This document shows, piece by piece, positions 1 to 10,108 of a stretch of 64,000 nucleotides of DNA. The notes under the pieces were generated by a model. That model was not told the origin of the DNA. It did no database searches and saw only the letters and a list, made by a program, of their open reading frames with translations. Numbering within the stretch: position 1 is the first letter of the stretch; every line of letters starts with the position of its first letter. The stretch covers positions 3,552,001 through 3,616,000 of the forward strand of contig OZ244999.1 in NCBI GenBank assembly GCA_965223265.1, written 5' to 3'. Position numbers and translations under genes: made by a program. This stretch comes from Planctomycetota bacterium. GTDB lineage: Bacteria > Planctomycetota > UBA8108 > SXIK01.

Positions 1-1197
1 GCGACCACCCGTCTTATTGATGCGTGGCGTGCGGCCGAATTCGCCCCAGACGACCAAAAGCACTTCTTCGTCCAACCCACGCTCGTAGATGTCAGTGACC
101 AGTGCCGACACCATTTGATCGAGCGGCGTACCATGAAGATCCATGCCGCGCGATGGACCCTGGGAGCCGTCGGCGGGGCGCTTGTCATTGACGATATTGA
201 GGTGCCAGTCCCAGCACAGGCAATCCGGCGCCGTGTTGATCGTCACGAACGTCGTTCCCGCTTCGACGAGTCGGCGTGCGAGAAGCGCCATCTGTCCCCA
301 GCGGTGCTCTCCGTAACGTCGCCGTACGCTCTTTGGTTCTTGAGTGAGATCGAAGGCGCTGCGCGCCTCACCGCTGACGATCATGTCGAGGGCAGCCGAA
401 TGGAATTCATCCTGTCCGGCGAGCGTTCGGGCGGTGTCGGCGAGCCGCGACATACGGTCGAGTCCGCGAAGGAGCTGCCGCCTGTGCGTCATGCGTTCAA
501 GCGTGATGTCCGTGGCGAGCTCCAAGTTGGTCGTCGCGTCGACGACTTTCTGCGCTTGGAACTCATTCTCGTAGGGGCTTTGGAAAACGGTGAACGGGGA
601 GTGGGCAACGCCGAGGTAGCCTGACCCCATGACGTCTGCGAAACTCAGATTGCGCTCTTGTTCGTGAGAGAGCTGGACGTAGGCCGGTAAGCCGGGATGA
701 TTCGGGCCGCGCAAAAACGAGGCATTTGAACCAACAGATGGATGCGCGACGACCTGGTCTTCGTAGCCGGTGGCGCACCAGAGGCTACCGGTGTGATGGT
801 TATTGGTTGAATGGCTGACCGTCCGGATGATGGCGGCGCGGTCAACAACCTGTGCCGTGCGCTGCATGTGCTCGCTGAAGAGCACGCCGGGAAACTTGGT
901 CTCCACGACACCGTAGGGGCCGCGAAACTCGCGTGGTGCGTCGGGCTTCGGGTCGAACGTTTCGAACTGGCTTGGACCGCCGCCAAGCCAGACTTGAATG
1001 ACAGCCCGGCGTGGCCGTGCGGCTCTACTCTGAGGCGAGCTCGCTGCCTGCAAACGCAGGAGGTCTGCGAGGCTGACGCCAAGTCCGCCAGCGAGCAGCG
1101 AGCAGCTCAGAAACCGTCGCCGACTCAGGTCGCCGCGGCGGGGCTCGCACGTAGCGTCGTGTGAGGCTGAATTCGCCCGGGTGGGAGGTTTCTGCAT
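1..1197 (-). CDS. DUF1501 family protein, Tat-exported; 3' end runs off the window
   Basis: Not in the ORF track because there is no stop in the window. Manual translation from ATG 1197 gives MQKPPT...SRRRFLSCSLLAGGLGVSLADLL...VIQVWLGGGPSQFETFDPKPDAP...LLVVWGEFGRTPRINKTGGR, which has the DUF1501 motifs and a twin-Arg signal. Confidence 0.9.
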   Translation of the reverse strand, partial: MQKPPTRANSASHDATCEPRRGDLSRRRFLSCSLLAGGLGVSLADLLRLQAASSPQSRAARPRRAVIQVWLGGGPSQFETFDPKPDAPREFRGPYGVVETKFPGVLFSEHMQRTAQVVDRAAIIRTVSHSTNNHHTGSLWCATGYEDQVVAHPSVGSNASFLRGPNHPGLPAYVQLSHEQERNLSFADVMGSGYLGVAHSPFTVFQSPYENEFQAQKVVDATTNLELATDITLERMTHRRQLLRGLDRMSRLADTARTLAGQDEFHSAALDMIVSGEARSAFDLTQEPKSVRRRYGEHRWGQMALLARRLVEAGTTFVTINTAPDCLCWDWHLNIVNDKRPADGSQGPSRGMDLHGTPLDQMVSALVTDIYERGLDEEVLLVVWGEFGRTPRINKTGGR

Positions 1198-1441
1198 GCG
1201 GCAGAGTCTCGCTGTCGAAGCCGTCTGAGTCTAAAAAACCGGCCGCACCAGCGCGGCCCATCATACGCACTTCAAATTTTACGAAAAACCACCGAATGCC
1301 GTCAATGCGTTCGGCGAGGTTCGCCGGTCAGTGCTGACGCGTTCGGACAATTGCGGAGGGCGTTGCTCGTGAGTTTGGCGCAACTGTCGCCTCCTCGGAG
1401 AGGCCGCGAACTTTTTACATCGTGGCGTCGTGCCTCAGGGA

Positions 1442-1543
1442 CACGTCCGGAACGGCACACAGGAGTGTGCCTGCGACTATAGGGGACGTCGCCAACACGA
1501 TCTTGAAAGTAGCAGGCACACGCCGTGTGCCGTTCCGGACGTG
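1442..1543. repeat. Inverted pair of GTAG-type REP-like palindromes
   Basis: CACGTCCGGAACGGCACAC (1442-1460) is the exact reverse complement of 1525-1543. Each arm has a GGCACAC-loop-GTGTGCC hairpin preceded by GTAG (1509) or GTCG (minus strand, 1477). Confidence 0.8.
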
Positions 1544-1704
1544 AGCGCGAGTTACGCCGGCATGCTCAAAACTGCACAGCCTCGGAGTGTGCTCCGCGCA
1601 GACGTTGACTTCTCGGTGCTTGTACGGTCGAATCGTCGCGGTTGAGCCACGACAAAAAATCAAAAAACGCCTTCGCACAACCTCTGACGTTTTGAAGCGT
1701 CGAA

Positions 1705-2421
1705 ATGTCAAAAACGCTCATCGAAATCTCACGCCATCTGACGAAGGACCTGAAGCCGCTGCGTTTCAAGGCGCCAATCACTCACATCTACAACCCACTC
1801 GACTACGCGCGAGCGCCGCACGAGGAATATTTGAAGCGCTATGCACGCCGCGGTCGGACCGCAGTGCTTCTCGGCATGAACCCTGGCCCTTTCGGCATGG
1901 CGCAGACGGGCGTGCCGTTTGGTGAGGTCGGCTCGGTGCGAGATTGGCTCCGCATCGAAAAGCCGGTGAAGAGACCACGGAACGAACACCCGAAGCGGCC
2001 GGTGCGCGGTTTTGACTGCAGCCGCAGCGAAGTGAGTGGAGCGCGGCTATGGGGCTGGGCACGCGAGCGGTTTGAGTCGCCGAAGAAGTTCTTCGAGCAG
2101 TTCTTCATCGTCAACTACTGCCCGCTGGTGTTCATGGAAGAGTCGGGAAAGAACGTCACCCCCGACAAGTGCCGACGCGAGGAGCGCGAACGTCTCTACG
2201 CCGTCTGCGACGAGGCGCTGCGGCGAACGATCGAGTACCTGCGACCGCAGTACGTCATCGGCATCGGCAACTTCGCCGCCACGCGCGCTCAGGAGGCTTT
2301 GGAGGGACTCCCGATCAAGCTCGGTAAGATGCTCCACCCGAGCCCGCAAAGCCCCGCGGCCAACCGCGGCTGGGCGGAGGCGGCGGAGTGCCAGCTACGC
2401 GAGCTCGGGGTGCTGTCGTAA
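1705..2421 (+). CDS. smug1: SMUG1-type (family 3) uracil-DNA glycosylase
   Basis: Motifs IYNPLDYA, GMNPGPFGMAQTGVPFGE, RSEVSGARLW, NYCPL and HPSP match SMUG1. Confidence 0.9.
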   Translation: MSKTLIEISRHLTKDLKPLRFKAPITHIYNPLDYARAPHEEYLKRYARRGRTAVLLGMNPGPFGMAQTGVPFGEVGSVRDWLRIEKPVKRPRNEHPKRPVRGFDCSRSEVSGARLWGWARERFESPKKFFEQFFIVNYCPLVFMEESGKNVTPDKCRREERERLYAVCDEALRRTIEYLRPQYVIGIGNFAATRAQEALEGLPIKLGKMLHPSPQSPAANRGWAEAAECQLRELGVLS

Positions 2422-2625
2422 TTGTGCGTGCTGACAAAGACCTGCGTCACTCGAAGTCGAACCTGTCGCGGAGCTCGGTCAGTCATGGTTCGATCAGCAC
2501 AGCTGCGATCAGCGCGGTCCGATCAACCGCGGCGTAGCTTGTCGAAATGGGGCGAGCCTGGCATCCGAACGCGGTTCCAAGACGCTCTGACGGCGGACAC
2601 ATGGAACCTCGAATTAGAAAGGAAG

Positions 2626-3609
2626 CTAGCGTCTGCAAGGAAACAGGCGCAAGGCGCTCACTCGGTCTTCGGCAGGAGCCGAAGTTGGGTCGAACCCGAA
2701 CTGGCTGTCGACGACGAGAAGACGCCCTTGGACGAACGCCGCCGTCGTGAACGTCCGATCCTCAGGGGTCTGGCGGATAGCGATGAGGCGAGCTCTCGAC
2801 AGGTCTCGGTTGACGACGAACACACTGATCTGGCGTCTAAAGTTCTGCACGACCCAAAGAACACCACCCACGAGGACAATCCCGTCCGCGTTGTTGATGC
2901 GCACTCCGCCCAGATCTACTTCAGCGATCTCTTTGGTGGAGACGTCGATCCGCCAGAGTTGGCCCGTCGTCCCCTGGCTCGTCAGAATGAATCGACCGCC
3001 GCGAGCAACGACGATTCCGCCGAGATCGAAATCTGTGAGCTCTGGAGTGAATTCGATCGTGCCACTCACATCGAGAAACTCGCCTATTGACCATGTGCCA
3101 GCGCCGTGTTGAGTGACTTGCCAAATGATCGGGAGCGACGAGTCCGTGACGAAAGCCGTGCCGTCGGGGGCGATCCAAACATCGTTCAAAAACGAGTCGG
3201 CTTCACCTGTGTCAACGGTGGCAAGTAGCTGAGCTTCACGATCGAAGATTCGAAGCGTTCCGGTTGGTCCACCGGCAACGAATACGCGCCCCTGCGAATC
3301 CACATCGATACCTCGCCCCGTCGTGCCGTTGTCGTCGAACCACAGCTCCAAGTCTTCACTACCGACCCGGCCTCGATAGATATCGCCGCCGTCGTTGACG
3401 CCCGACACATAGAAGACCTGCGTCTCGCGATCGACGCCGATTCCCTCCAGAAGCAGACCTTCTGTCGGCAAGTCAAAACCTTGCATGGCACATTGATTCC
3501 CGTGACCACTCTCTTGCGACCTGAGAGGCAAAAGCGCTAAGGCGAACACAGTGGCGGCAGTGAGACCGAGAACAACACCCGGCATGTGTAGTCGACGAAG
3601 ATCGAGCAT
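2626..3609 (-). CDS. Secreted SMP-30/gluconolactonase-like beta-propeller protein
   Basis: N-terminal hydrophobic signal; EGI, FLNDV.IAPDG..FVTDS and ADGI blade motifs. Confidence 0.7.
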   Translation of the reverse strand: MLDLRRLHMPGVVLGLTAATVFALALLPLRSQESGHGNQCAMQGFDLPTEGLLLEGIGVDRETQVFYVSGVNDGGDIYRGRVGSEDLELWFDDNGTTGRGIDVDSQGRVFVAGGPTGTLRIFDREAQLLATVDTGEADSFLNDVWIAPDGTAFVTDSSLPIIWQVTQHGAGTWSIGEFLDVSGTIEFTPELTDFDLGGIVVARGGRFILTSQGTTGQLWRIDVSTKEIAEVDLGGVRINNADGIVLVGGVLWVVQNFRRQISVFVVNRDLSRARLIAIRQTPEDRTFTTAAFVQGRLLVVDSQFGFDPTSAPAEDRVSALRLFPCRR

Positions 3610-3657
3610 TTCTCTTTACCTTTTGAGTTGTGTTGAAGGTATCTAAACCAGCCTTAA

Positions 3658-4446
3658 CTACCGCCCCTCGAGCGCACCGCGTAGCGCCTCGCCGTTCTCG
3701 CGCCACCATCGATGCAGAATCATGATGTCCGTGCCGATGCAAAAGTGACGCACACCGAGATCCAGGTAGTACTTGGCCGCGTCCACGGATTCGATTTCGG
3801 CGCGCGGCGGAACCCCTGCTCGCAGGCAGGTTTCGATGACGCGTTTTTCAACTGCACGCGTCTCTGGCGTGAAGAGATCGCCGGGCTTGCCGACGTTGAG
3901 CGCGTAGTCGGCAGGTCCCCATTGAATCATGTCAACTCCATCGACAGCGAGGATCTCCTCCAGCTGCTCAACTGCCGTACGCTTCTCAATCATCAGCGCG
4001 ATCACGACGTCGTCGAGCGCCTGAGCGTATTCGGCGCGGCCGCCGTAGTCCATGTAACTCATGCGGCGGAGCGCGACGCCGTGAAGTCCGCCGGCCTCCG
4101 GGGTCGACGGTTTGGCGGCGCGTACGCACTCGCGTGCCTCCTCCGCAGTGTAGCAGTCGGCGAAAAGAACGCTCTGAAATCCCGCACCGATGCCACGCTG
4201 GGCCAGAAAACGCCTTGGCTCCTGATCGACCTTGATCATCGCCGCCAGATCGTGCAGTTCCACAGCGCGGCAAAAATTGTCGAGCGCGTAGAGATCGTAC
4301 GGGGCGTACTCCGCCACAAACTCGACGTAGTCAAACATCCCTGAATGACCAACCGCTTCGACCACTGACGGCCAGGTGCTGTGGAGATGCGTCCCCAGCG
4401 TCGGTTTGCCTGCTTGGAGAAGTTTGCGAAGTTTATTCTCACGCAT
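3658..4446 (-). CDS. HpcH/HpaI aldolase family protein
   Basis: Start reassigned to MRENKLRKLL (ATG 4446); motifs FDYVEFVAEY, LMIEK and GVDMIQWGPADY. Confidence 0.85.
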   Translation of the reverse strand: MRENKLRKLLQAGKPTLGTHLHSTWPSVVEAVGHSGMFDYVEFVAEYAPYDLYALDNFCRAVELHDLAAMIKVDQEPRRFLAQRGIGAGFQSVLFADCYTAEEARECVRAAKPSTPEAGGLHGVALRRMSYMDYGGRAEYAQALDDVVIALMIEKRTAVEQLEEILAVDGVDMIQWGPADYALNVGKPGDLFTPETRAVEKRVIETCLRAGVPPRAEIESVDAAKYYLDLGVRHFCIGTDIMILHRWWRENGEALRGALEGR

Positions 4447-4576
4447 TCGTTCGTTCCTTGTGTTCGTTTGCGCAGTGTGCTTGAGGAGATAGCGGCACGC
4501 GTCTCCTTGTGCCGCAGCTAAGAAAGTGAACGGAAAGCCTGCAGAGTGCGCCTGCCATTCTGGCGCGCGTCCCGTC

Positions 4577-5941
4577 TCAAATGAGCTCGCGGATCGGCGC
4601 ACCGCTGGCCAGAATCGGCACCGGACGACCTCGGAAATCGAGGAGTGATTGACCCGGGTCAATGCCGAGGTGGCGATAGATCGTCGCAAGGAGGTCCTGG
4701 GGCGAGTAGGGCTGCGCAGTGGGGTACTCGGCCTTCGAGTTCGTCGCGCCGACGATCTGTCCCGTTTTCAGTCCGCCACCGGCGAGCAGCGCTGAGTATG
4801 CCTGCGGCCAGTGATCGCGACCAACGCCGTTCGCGTTGACCCTCAGTTTCGGCGTACGGCCGAACTCACCGACGACGACCACCATGATGCGGCGGTCGAG
4901 CCCGCTCGTATAGATGTCCTCGATCAGCGTGGCCAAGGCGCGGTCGAGGTAGGGGAGTCGCCGCTCCATATACTTGCCAAAGTGGCCTGGGCGACCAGCA
5001 TTGAGGATATGGTCGTCCCAGTTGGTGAACTCTTTGCCGCTTTCCGGCGTGTTCATGAAGAGGCTAATCACCGCGGTTCCCGCTTCAGCCAACCGCCGCG
5101 CCAGGAGGCACGCCTGTCCCCAACGATCGGGTCCGTATCTCTCACGTAGCCGTTCGTCTTCGCGATTCAAATCAAAAGCGTTCGCGGTCTTCGCGCTCGT
5201 GAGGATCTCGAATGCCAAGGAGCGGAACTCCTCCGTAGCGCTGCCTTGACCCGTCAGGTCGAGTTCGCTGCGCAAGCGGTCTAGGTCGCGAAGAAGGCTC
5301 CGGCGTCCGGCGAAACGAGGACCTGTTCCCGGTGCAAGCGCCAGCTGAGGCGGCCGATAGCTGCGTGCCGCCGGATTACCAACCGTCAATGGTGCGTGCT
5401 GAACGCCGAGGTATGTCGGGCGTGTGTAGCTTTGGCTCGGGATCGCCACATACTGTGGTAAACCCGTCTCTGCCACGCCGCGAGCGTGACTCGTGATCGA
5501 GCCGAAATCGGGGTGCGTGCTCTTAGAGCTCGAAGTCGGATCAAGAACGACCGGGCGCTTGCCCGTCAGCACGGTGATGGCGCCATCGCTGTGGATCGAC
5601 ACGTCGTGATGGAGCGATCGAACGATGGCGAACTTGTCAGCGATCTTCGCCTGCCGAGGAAAATGCTCACAAATGTCGATCCCCGAAACGTTCGTCGGGA
5701 TGGCGCGGAAGATGCTCCGATAGTCGCTCGGCGCCTCGGGCTTGAGGTCGTACGTCTCCAGCTGCGACGGACCACCGTGAAGATAGAGCAGGATGACGGA
5801 GGTGTCGTGGCGCGCATTCCCCGATGCAGCGCGTGCTTTCAGCACGTCTGCGAGCGTCAGACCACCGAACGCCAGAGCGCCGACGCGCAGGAATTCACGC
5901 CGTCCGAGCGGAGGGGTGTGAGTGATGTGAGGCTCGTGCAT
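4577..5941 (-). CDS. DUF1501 family protein, Tat-exported
   Basis: GRREFL Tat motif, LHGGPSQLETYDLKP, WDDH, GEFGRTP and GRDHWP; start taken at MHEPH (5941). Confidence 0.9.
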   Translation of the reverse strand: MHEPHITHTPPLGRREFLRVGALAFGGLTLADVLKARAASGNARHDTSVILLYLHGGPSQLETYDLKPEAPSDYRSIFRAIPTNVSGIDICEHFPRQAKIADKFAIVRSLHHDVSIHSDGAITVLTGKRPVVLDPTSSSKSTHPDFGSITSHARGVAETGLPQYVAIPSQSYTRPTYLGVQHAPLTVGNPAARSYRPPQLALAPGTGPRFAGRRSLLRDLDRLRSELDLTGQGSATEEFRSLAFEILTSAKTANAFDLNREDERLRERYGPDRWGQACLLARRLAEAGTAVISLFMNTPESGKEFTNWDDHILNAGRPGHFGKYMERRLPYLDRALATLIEDIYTSGLDRRIMVVVVGEFGRTPKLRVNANGVGRDHWPQAYSALLAGGGLKTGQIVGATNSKAEYPTAQPYSPQDLLATIYRHLGIDPGQSLLDFRGRPVPILASGAPIRELI

Positions 5942-6086
5942 CGAACGTCGTTCTCCGAGCAACTCGAGTGGCGTACAACGCCACTTTTTATACTCGAACG
6001 ACAGCTCCGATGCCAACGCTTCCGGCGAAACGACGGGACGTCATCTCGGCTCGAGCGTCGCGGACAAGAGCGGCGACGGACTCGGC

Positions 6087-6878
6087 CTAGTTCGCGTGCG
6101 TTTCCGTTGGTGCCAAGGTCGAGTGACCGCCTGTACTCCCGTCAGTTTCTTCCCAACCTTTGATCTGCACGTCGATCTCGAGCCCGCAGCGCTCACAAAG
6201 TGCGCCACCGAACAAGAGTAGCTGTCGTTTGTGGCAGCGGGGGCAGCTGAGTTGAATCTCTTCGGGCTTCTCAGGCGACGACTGCGTCGTTGCCGGCAAA
6301 GCGGACAGTTTGGAGACGACCGGAATTCCGAGCGTACCAAGAGCGATCAAAACCGACAGAACGCCGGCGACTCGAAAGAAGAACTCTTCGTCGAGTCCAC
6401 GGAGTTCCGTAATCAGCATGTACGAAAAGATCGCAGTAAGGACGAACGCCATCGCGATGACCGTGATACGCATCCACGCGTGCTTCGAGCTCAGGCGTGG
6501 CAGCGTCATAAGGCAGGAGTAACCGAACACCGCCGAAAGCATCCAGAGGATGCCGCAGCTCTTGCCGAACTCTTCACTGTCAAAGAAGTCGGTGAAGATT
6601 CCGACCGCAGTGACGAGAAACGCAATCGTCGAGAGCGCGATGCCCATCTTCGCAAAACGCTGCCAGACGGCGCGCTCGAGCGCGACTGCGCAGCCGAGTC
6701 CGGTGAGACAGAAGTACGCTGTTGACAATCCGAAAGACAAGATGCGCCACGTCATCTCGCCGAATTCAACACCGAGCAGCACGATCACCCCAAGCGCCGC
6801 TGTGATTCCGAGCGTCGTCAGGAGCGAGACGAGTAAGATCCTTGTCAGTCGAACTTTTTTGACATCGATCATGATCAC
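6087..6878 (-). CDS. Multi-pass membrane protein with C-terminal zinc ribbon
   Basis: About six hydrophobic segments followed by CPRC-x11-CERC. Confidence 0.7.
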   Translation of the reverse strand: MIMIDVKKVRLTRILLVSLLTTLGITAALGVIVLLGVEFGEMTWRILSFGLSTAYFCLTGLGCAVALERAVWQRFAKMGIALSTIAFLVTAVGIFTDFFDSEEFGKSCGILWMLSAVFGYSCLMTLPRLSSKHAWMRITVIAMAFVLTAIFSYMLITELRGLDEEFFFRVAGVLSVLIALGTLGIPVVSKLSALPATTQSSPEKPEEIQLSCPRCHKRQLLLFGGALCERCGLEIDVQIKGWEETDGSTGGHSTLAPTETHAN

Positions 6879-7051
6879 CTCGTCAAGCTCTCGCCTTCCG
6901 TCTGACCGCGGGGACAGTTTTTCATACCGCGGCGTTGTTTGCTATGCCACAAGTACAGGTCCTGCCTTCGAGCACGTCCCAACAAGAAGGAAGACGCCAG
7001 GAACGGCAGAAAACCACACTTCACCGGCAACGAAAAGCGCTGTGGCTTTTG

Positions 7052-7465
7052 TCACCACGAGAAGAGTCGGGGGGGAATTTCGCGCCGCAGGCGCCAATTT
7101 CCCAGAACGCGTTCAAATTCGAAGTAGTACATCTGCTCGCCGGCACTCGAGACGATCTCGACTCGTACGCTCGCCTTGGAGCCGGGGAAGAACCCGCGTG
7201 GGGTGAACGAAACCAGCTCAAAACTGCGGGCCTGTTCGATCTCAGAAGCCAGCGTTGACGTTGCCGAGGCGCCCTGCATCTTGGTTGCGATCAGATCGTT
7301 CTCGATATGCTTCTGAGCCAGAGCGGTGCCGTCTCGGATGAGCGTTGAGCGCAGGTGAAACTTGTACGCGCCGTACCCCGCGACGATCACGACGGCCAAA
7401 AGAATGCCGAACAGGCCCTTAGCCGAGTCGATTTTCATCTCCATCTTCATGCTAGGAGAGTACAA
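7052..7465 (-). CDS. Hypothetical protein with N-terminal membrane anchor
   Basis: Single hydrophobic helix ([16 protein letters not shown]) and protein-like composition; lies in a co-oriented minus-strand run. Confidence 0.6.
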   Translation of the reverse strand: MYSPSMKMEMKIDSAKGLFGILLAVVIVAGYGAYKFHLRSTLIRDGTALAQKHIENDLIATKMQGASATSTLASEIEQARSFELVSFTPRGFFPGSKASVRVEIVSSAGEQMYYFEFERVLGNWRLRREIPPRLFSW

Positions 7466-7604
7466 CTCCTGCGGTGCGGCGCCAAGGGCCGGAAAAGTTA
7501 GAGCATGGGAGGTTGGATGCTGGCTCCCAACGTGGTCAAAACTCCATCGGGCGCCGCCAACTATCCGGCGGTGGCGGAAGTAGCTGCATTCGTACGGCCG
7601 CCGG

Positions 7605-8663
7605 TTACTTCAGCGTCTGTCGCCAGCGCTCGAACTCGGCCTGGCAATCCTCGGGGCTGATGAACTTTTTCCAGACGACGCGGGCGCGAAAGCCGTACTC
7701 CTGCTCGCTCTTGACCCGGTGGATCACGTACTGGAAATCCCAGGCTGGACGAGGAAAATTTCGCAGTTTGAACTTAAAGAGACTGAAACGAATTTGGTCA
7801 AGCTCGCTCACAGCGCGATCAAACATGATGAGATACACCATGTTGTTTGCCGCCCGACCGTAGTAAAACGGCGCCGTGAAGAACGGCCCATCGTAGCTCC
7901 AGGTGTTGAGGTTGAAGCTGACGTCATCGTCGTACTCAAGAGGCGCCGCATCGACGTGGCGATACGTGCCGCCTTGATTCCAGTGTCGATGCCCTCCGGG
8001 CGCGTCGGCCGCGATCCAGCGTTCCTCTTCGCCGGGCGCGTCCACGCCTCGAAAGTGAAGGGCCACGTCTTCGACGTCGTTCATGTAATTCGCAAAGAAA
8101 AAGACGGCGTAGCCTCGCGCGCCGAAAAGTTCCGGCTCGTGCACGCGGCAGCGGAACTCAAAGTCGATCGCGCTGGGCTCACGCAGTGTGTAAGTGAGAG
8201 TGCTGCTCACTCGCCACGGACTATCGGCAGCGTGGCGAACGAGCCGCGCAGAGGTGTCTGAAACTCGCTCGAGCCGGTACGGCCCGTGGCGCGGCGTGAA
8301 CTTATTGTGAGCGTTCAAGTGGCCCGAGATGATGTGCTCAAAGTTGAGGCCAGCCGATGCGCCCGGGGAATCTGGATCAAACGCATCGAACTCTGCCGCG
8401 CTTCTGTGGCGAAGCGACTGGATCCCGCTGAGGACGCGTGGCGATGTGCTGTTATCGCGAAAGACGACCTCCAGAGCACCGCGTTTCAAAATCACCTGCT
8501 GAACGACCTCGGGTTCAGCCGTCATCTCATCTTGCGCCGTGGACGCACCCGTAGGGTTCGCGTGGTCCTTCACGGCGCTCGTTTGGGAAACCTCCCGCCG
8601 GCACGAAGACAGCATCGCCCACGTCACCACCGCAATCACCAACACAGTACTCTGCCGTCTCAC
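7605..8663 (-). CDS. Hypothetical lipoprotein, beta-rich
   Basis: Lipobox-like LSSC after a signal peptide; GTG start overlaps the upstream stop (GTGA). Confidence 0.65.
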   Translation of the reverse strand: MRRQSTVLVIAVVTWAMLSSCRREVSQTSAVKDHANPTGASTAQDEMTAEPEVVQQVILKRGALEVVFRDNSTSPRVLSGIQSLRHRSAAEFDAFDPDSPGASAGLNFEHIISGHLNAHNKFTPRHGPYRLERVSDTSARLVRHAADSPWRVSSTLTYTLREPSAIDFEFRCRVHEPELFGARGYAVFFFANYMNDVEDVALHFRGVDAPGEEERWIAADAPGGHRHWNQGGTYRHVDAAPLEYDDDVSFNLNTWSYDGPFFTAPFYYGRAANNMVYLIMFDRAVSELDQIRFSLFKFKLRNFPRPAWDFQYVIHRVKSEQEYGFRARVVWKKFISPEDCQAEFERWRQTLK

Positions 8664-9082
8664 GGCGCCTCCCTGCGTTCGGAGGCGACGACTCGCGCCA
8701 AACGCTCTTGGACTTCCGGAGCAAAACGCCGCGGGCGGCCGGACTCGTCGACGCAGGCATGAACGGTGTGACCATCGGCAAGCACCGCGCCATCCCTTTC
8801 CCGCTGCACGCGATAGTCGAATCGAACGCGAACCCGCGTCGCCTCGGTGACAGTGGTTTCGATCTGCAGGTCGTCGTCGTAAAGCGCCGGTTGGCGCAGG
8901 CGCATTCCGGCTTCGATGACCGGAAGCCGAAGCCCGGACGTTTCAAACGCCGAGTATGCCACGCCCAGGTCGCGAATTAGCTCCGTACGACCGAGCTCGA
9001 AATAGACCAGGTAGTTGGCGTGATAAACCACTCCCATCTGATCGGTTTCGCCGTACCGCACCCGAGTGATGGTGACGTGCAT
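8660..9082 (-). CDS. Acyl-CoA thioesterase, YbgC/FadM (4HBT) family
   Basis: RVRYGETDQMGVVYHANYLVYFELGRTE signature. Confidence 0.92.
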   Translation of the reverse strand: MHVTITRVRYGETDQMGVVYHANYLVYFELGRTELIRDLGVAYSAFETSGLRLPVIEAGMRLRQPALYDDDLQIETTVTEATRVRVRFDYRVQRERDGAVLADGHTVHACVDESGRPRRFAPEVQERLARVVASERREAP

Positions 9083-9169
9083 CGCATTCGGCTCCTTGAC
9101 GCTTCAATGCGAAGTCGCGGCGTGCGCCGTAAAGACATTCGGCGCGGGGTACAAACCATGGTGCCGCGA

Positions 9170-10072
9170 TCAACGCAGCGCTGCGACGTAGGCGATCCAG
9201 CTCCGCGCGTCGTCCCCCTTGGTGCTCACGCGAAAGACGCCGTTGCCACTCCCCGAATCCTCGTCGGTTCCCTCCCAATAGACGTGAGTCTCACGAAAGC
9301 CGACGTCTTCGAGGAGGTCCAGCACTTCCGGAAGAGTCCAGAGTCGCCAGTCGTAGGTAAACGCGCGTTTCATCCGCTTGGCCTTGGGAAAGTCAAAGTG
9401 AATGTAACACTTCGTCTCGCCCGTGATCGGATTAAAGTGCGCTTGATCCCAAACGTAGTCAAAACCGCTGTCCTGCTCAGTCGTCTCCTCTTGGATGATC
9501 TGGGCTTCCGGTCCGCCATAGAGATCAAGAATGAAGATGCCGTCCTCGAGGAGCGACTCGTACACTTTTTCGAAGTAGCTGCGCAGCTGCCCGCGTTTCT
9601 TAAAGACGAAGTACGAAAAGTTGAGGGCTCCGACAACGTCGGCGCGAAGATCTGTCGCCTCGAGTACGTCGCGCCGTTCAAGCCGAATGCGATGAGCGCC
9701 TGACTTCAGCTGCTGGACGTTGTTCTCGTAACCCCATGCGAGCGTCGGGCCATCCAGGTCAACACCGACCGCAGATCCCTCTTTGACGCGCGTTACCCAC
9801 TCGCAACAGAGCAGCGCAGTGCCGCAGAAATCCTCGCGAAAATGCAGAGGTTCCTTGTTTCGATGTTTACGATAAATCCGCCGAAAGAGTGACACCTCGA
9901 ACGGTGGGTTCTGGACGGACTCCTGATAGAGTTCGAACTTGTCGCGCTCATGTGCCTTCTTCTTTTTCGATTTCTTCTTGCGCCCGCCCTTGGGCGACTT
10001 GTCTTTCTCGGCTTTCTTCTCACCTTTGCTTCGTTTCTCGATGGCTTCCAACGCGCTAGCTCCTCGTAGCAT
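9170..10072 (-). CDS. Class I SAM-dependent methyltransferase
   Basis: LYQESVQ, REDFCGTA motif I, GVDLD and GIFILD; Lys-rich N-terminus, start uncertain. Confidence 0.85.
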   Translation of the reverse strand: MLRGASALEAIEKRSKGEKKAEKDKSPKGGRKKKSKKKKAHERDKFELYQESVQNPPFEVSLFRRIYRKHRNKEPLHFREDFCGTALLCCEWVTRVKEGSAVGVDLDGPTLAWGYENNVQQLKSGAHRIRLERRDVLEATDLRADVVGALNFSYFVFKKRGQLRSYFEKVYESLLEDGIFILDLYGGPEAQIIQEETTEQDSGFDYVWDQAHFNPITGETKCYIHFDFPKAKRMKRAFTYDWRLWTLPEVLDLLEDVGFRETHVYWEGTDEDSGSGNGVFRVSTKGDDARSWIAYVAALR

Positions 10073-10108
10073 CTATACGTTTCGTGGTTCCAAGATCGTT
10101 CATGTCTC

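Noticed and set aside
115-1164. Plus-strand ORFs 115..624 and 811..1164, and other long antisense ORFs (e.g. 40301..41215, 42405..43301, 51632..52579, 56687..57874)
   Set aside because: They are shadow frames opposite well-supported genes in GC-rich DNA and carry no motifs.
2476-2530. CGATCA recurring at ~15-nt spacing between convergent genes
   Set aside because: Too short and degenerate to support a function.
6220-6250. CPRCH as a heme-binding motif
   Set aside because: It pairs with a downstream CERC as a typical four-Cys zinc ribbon.
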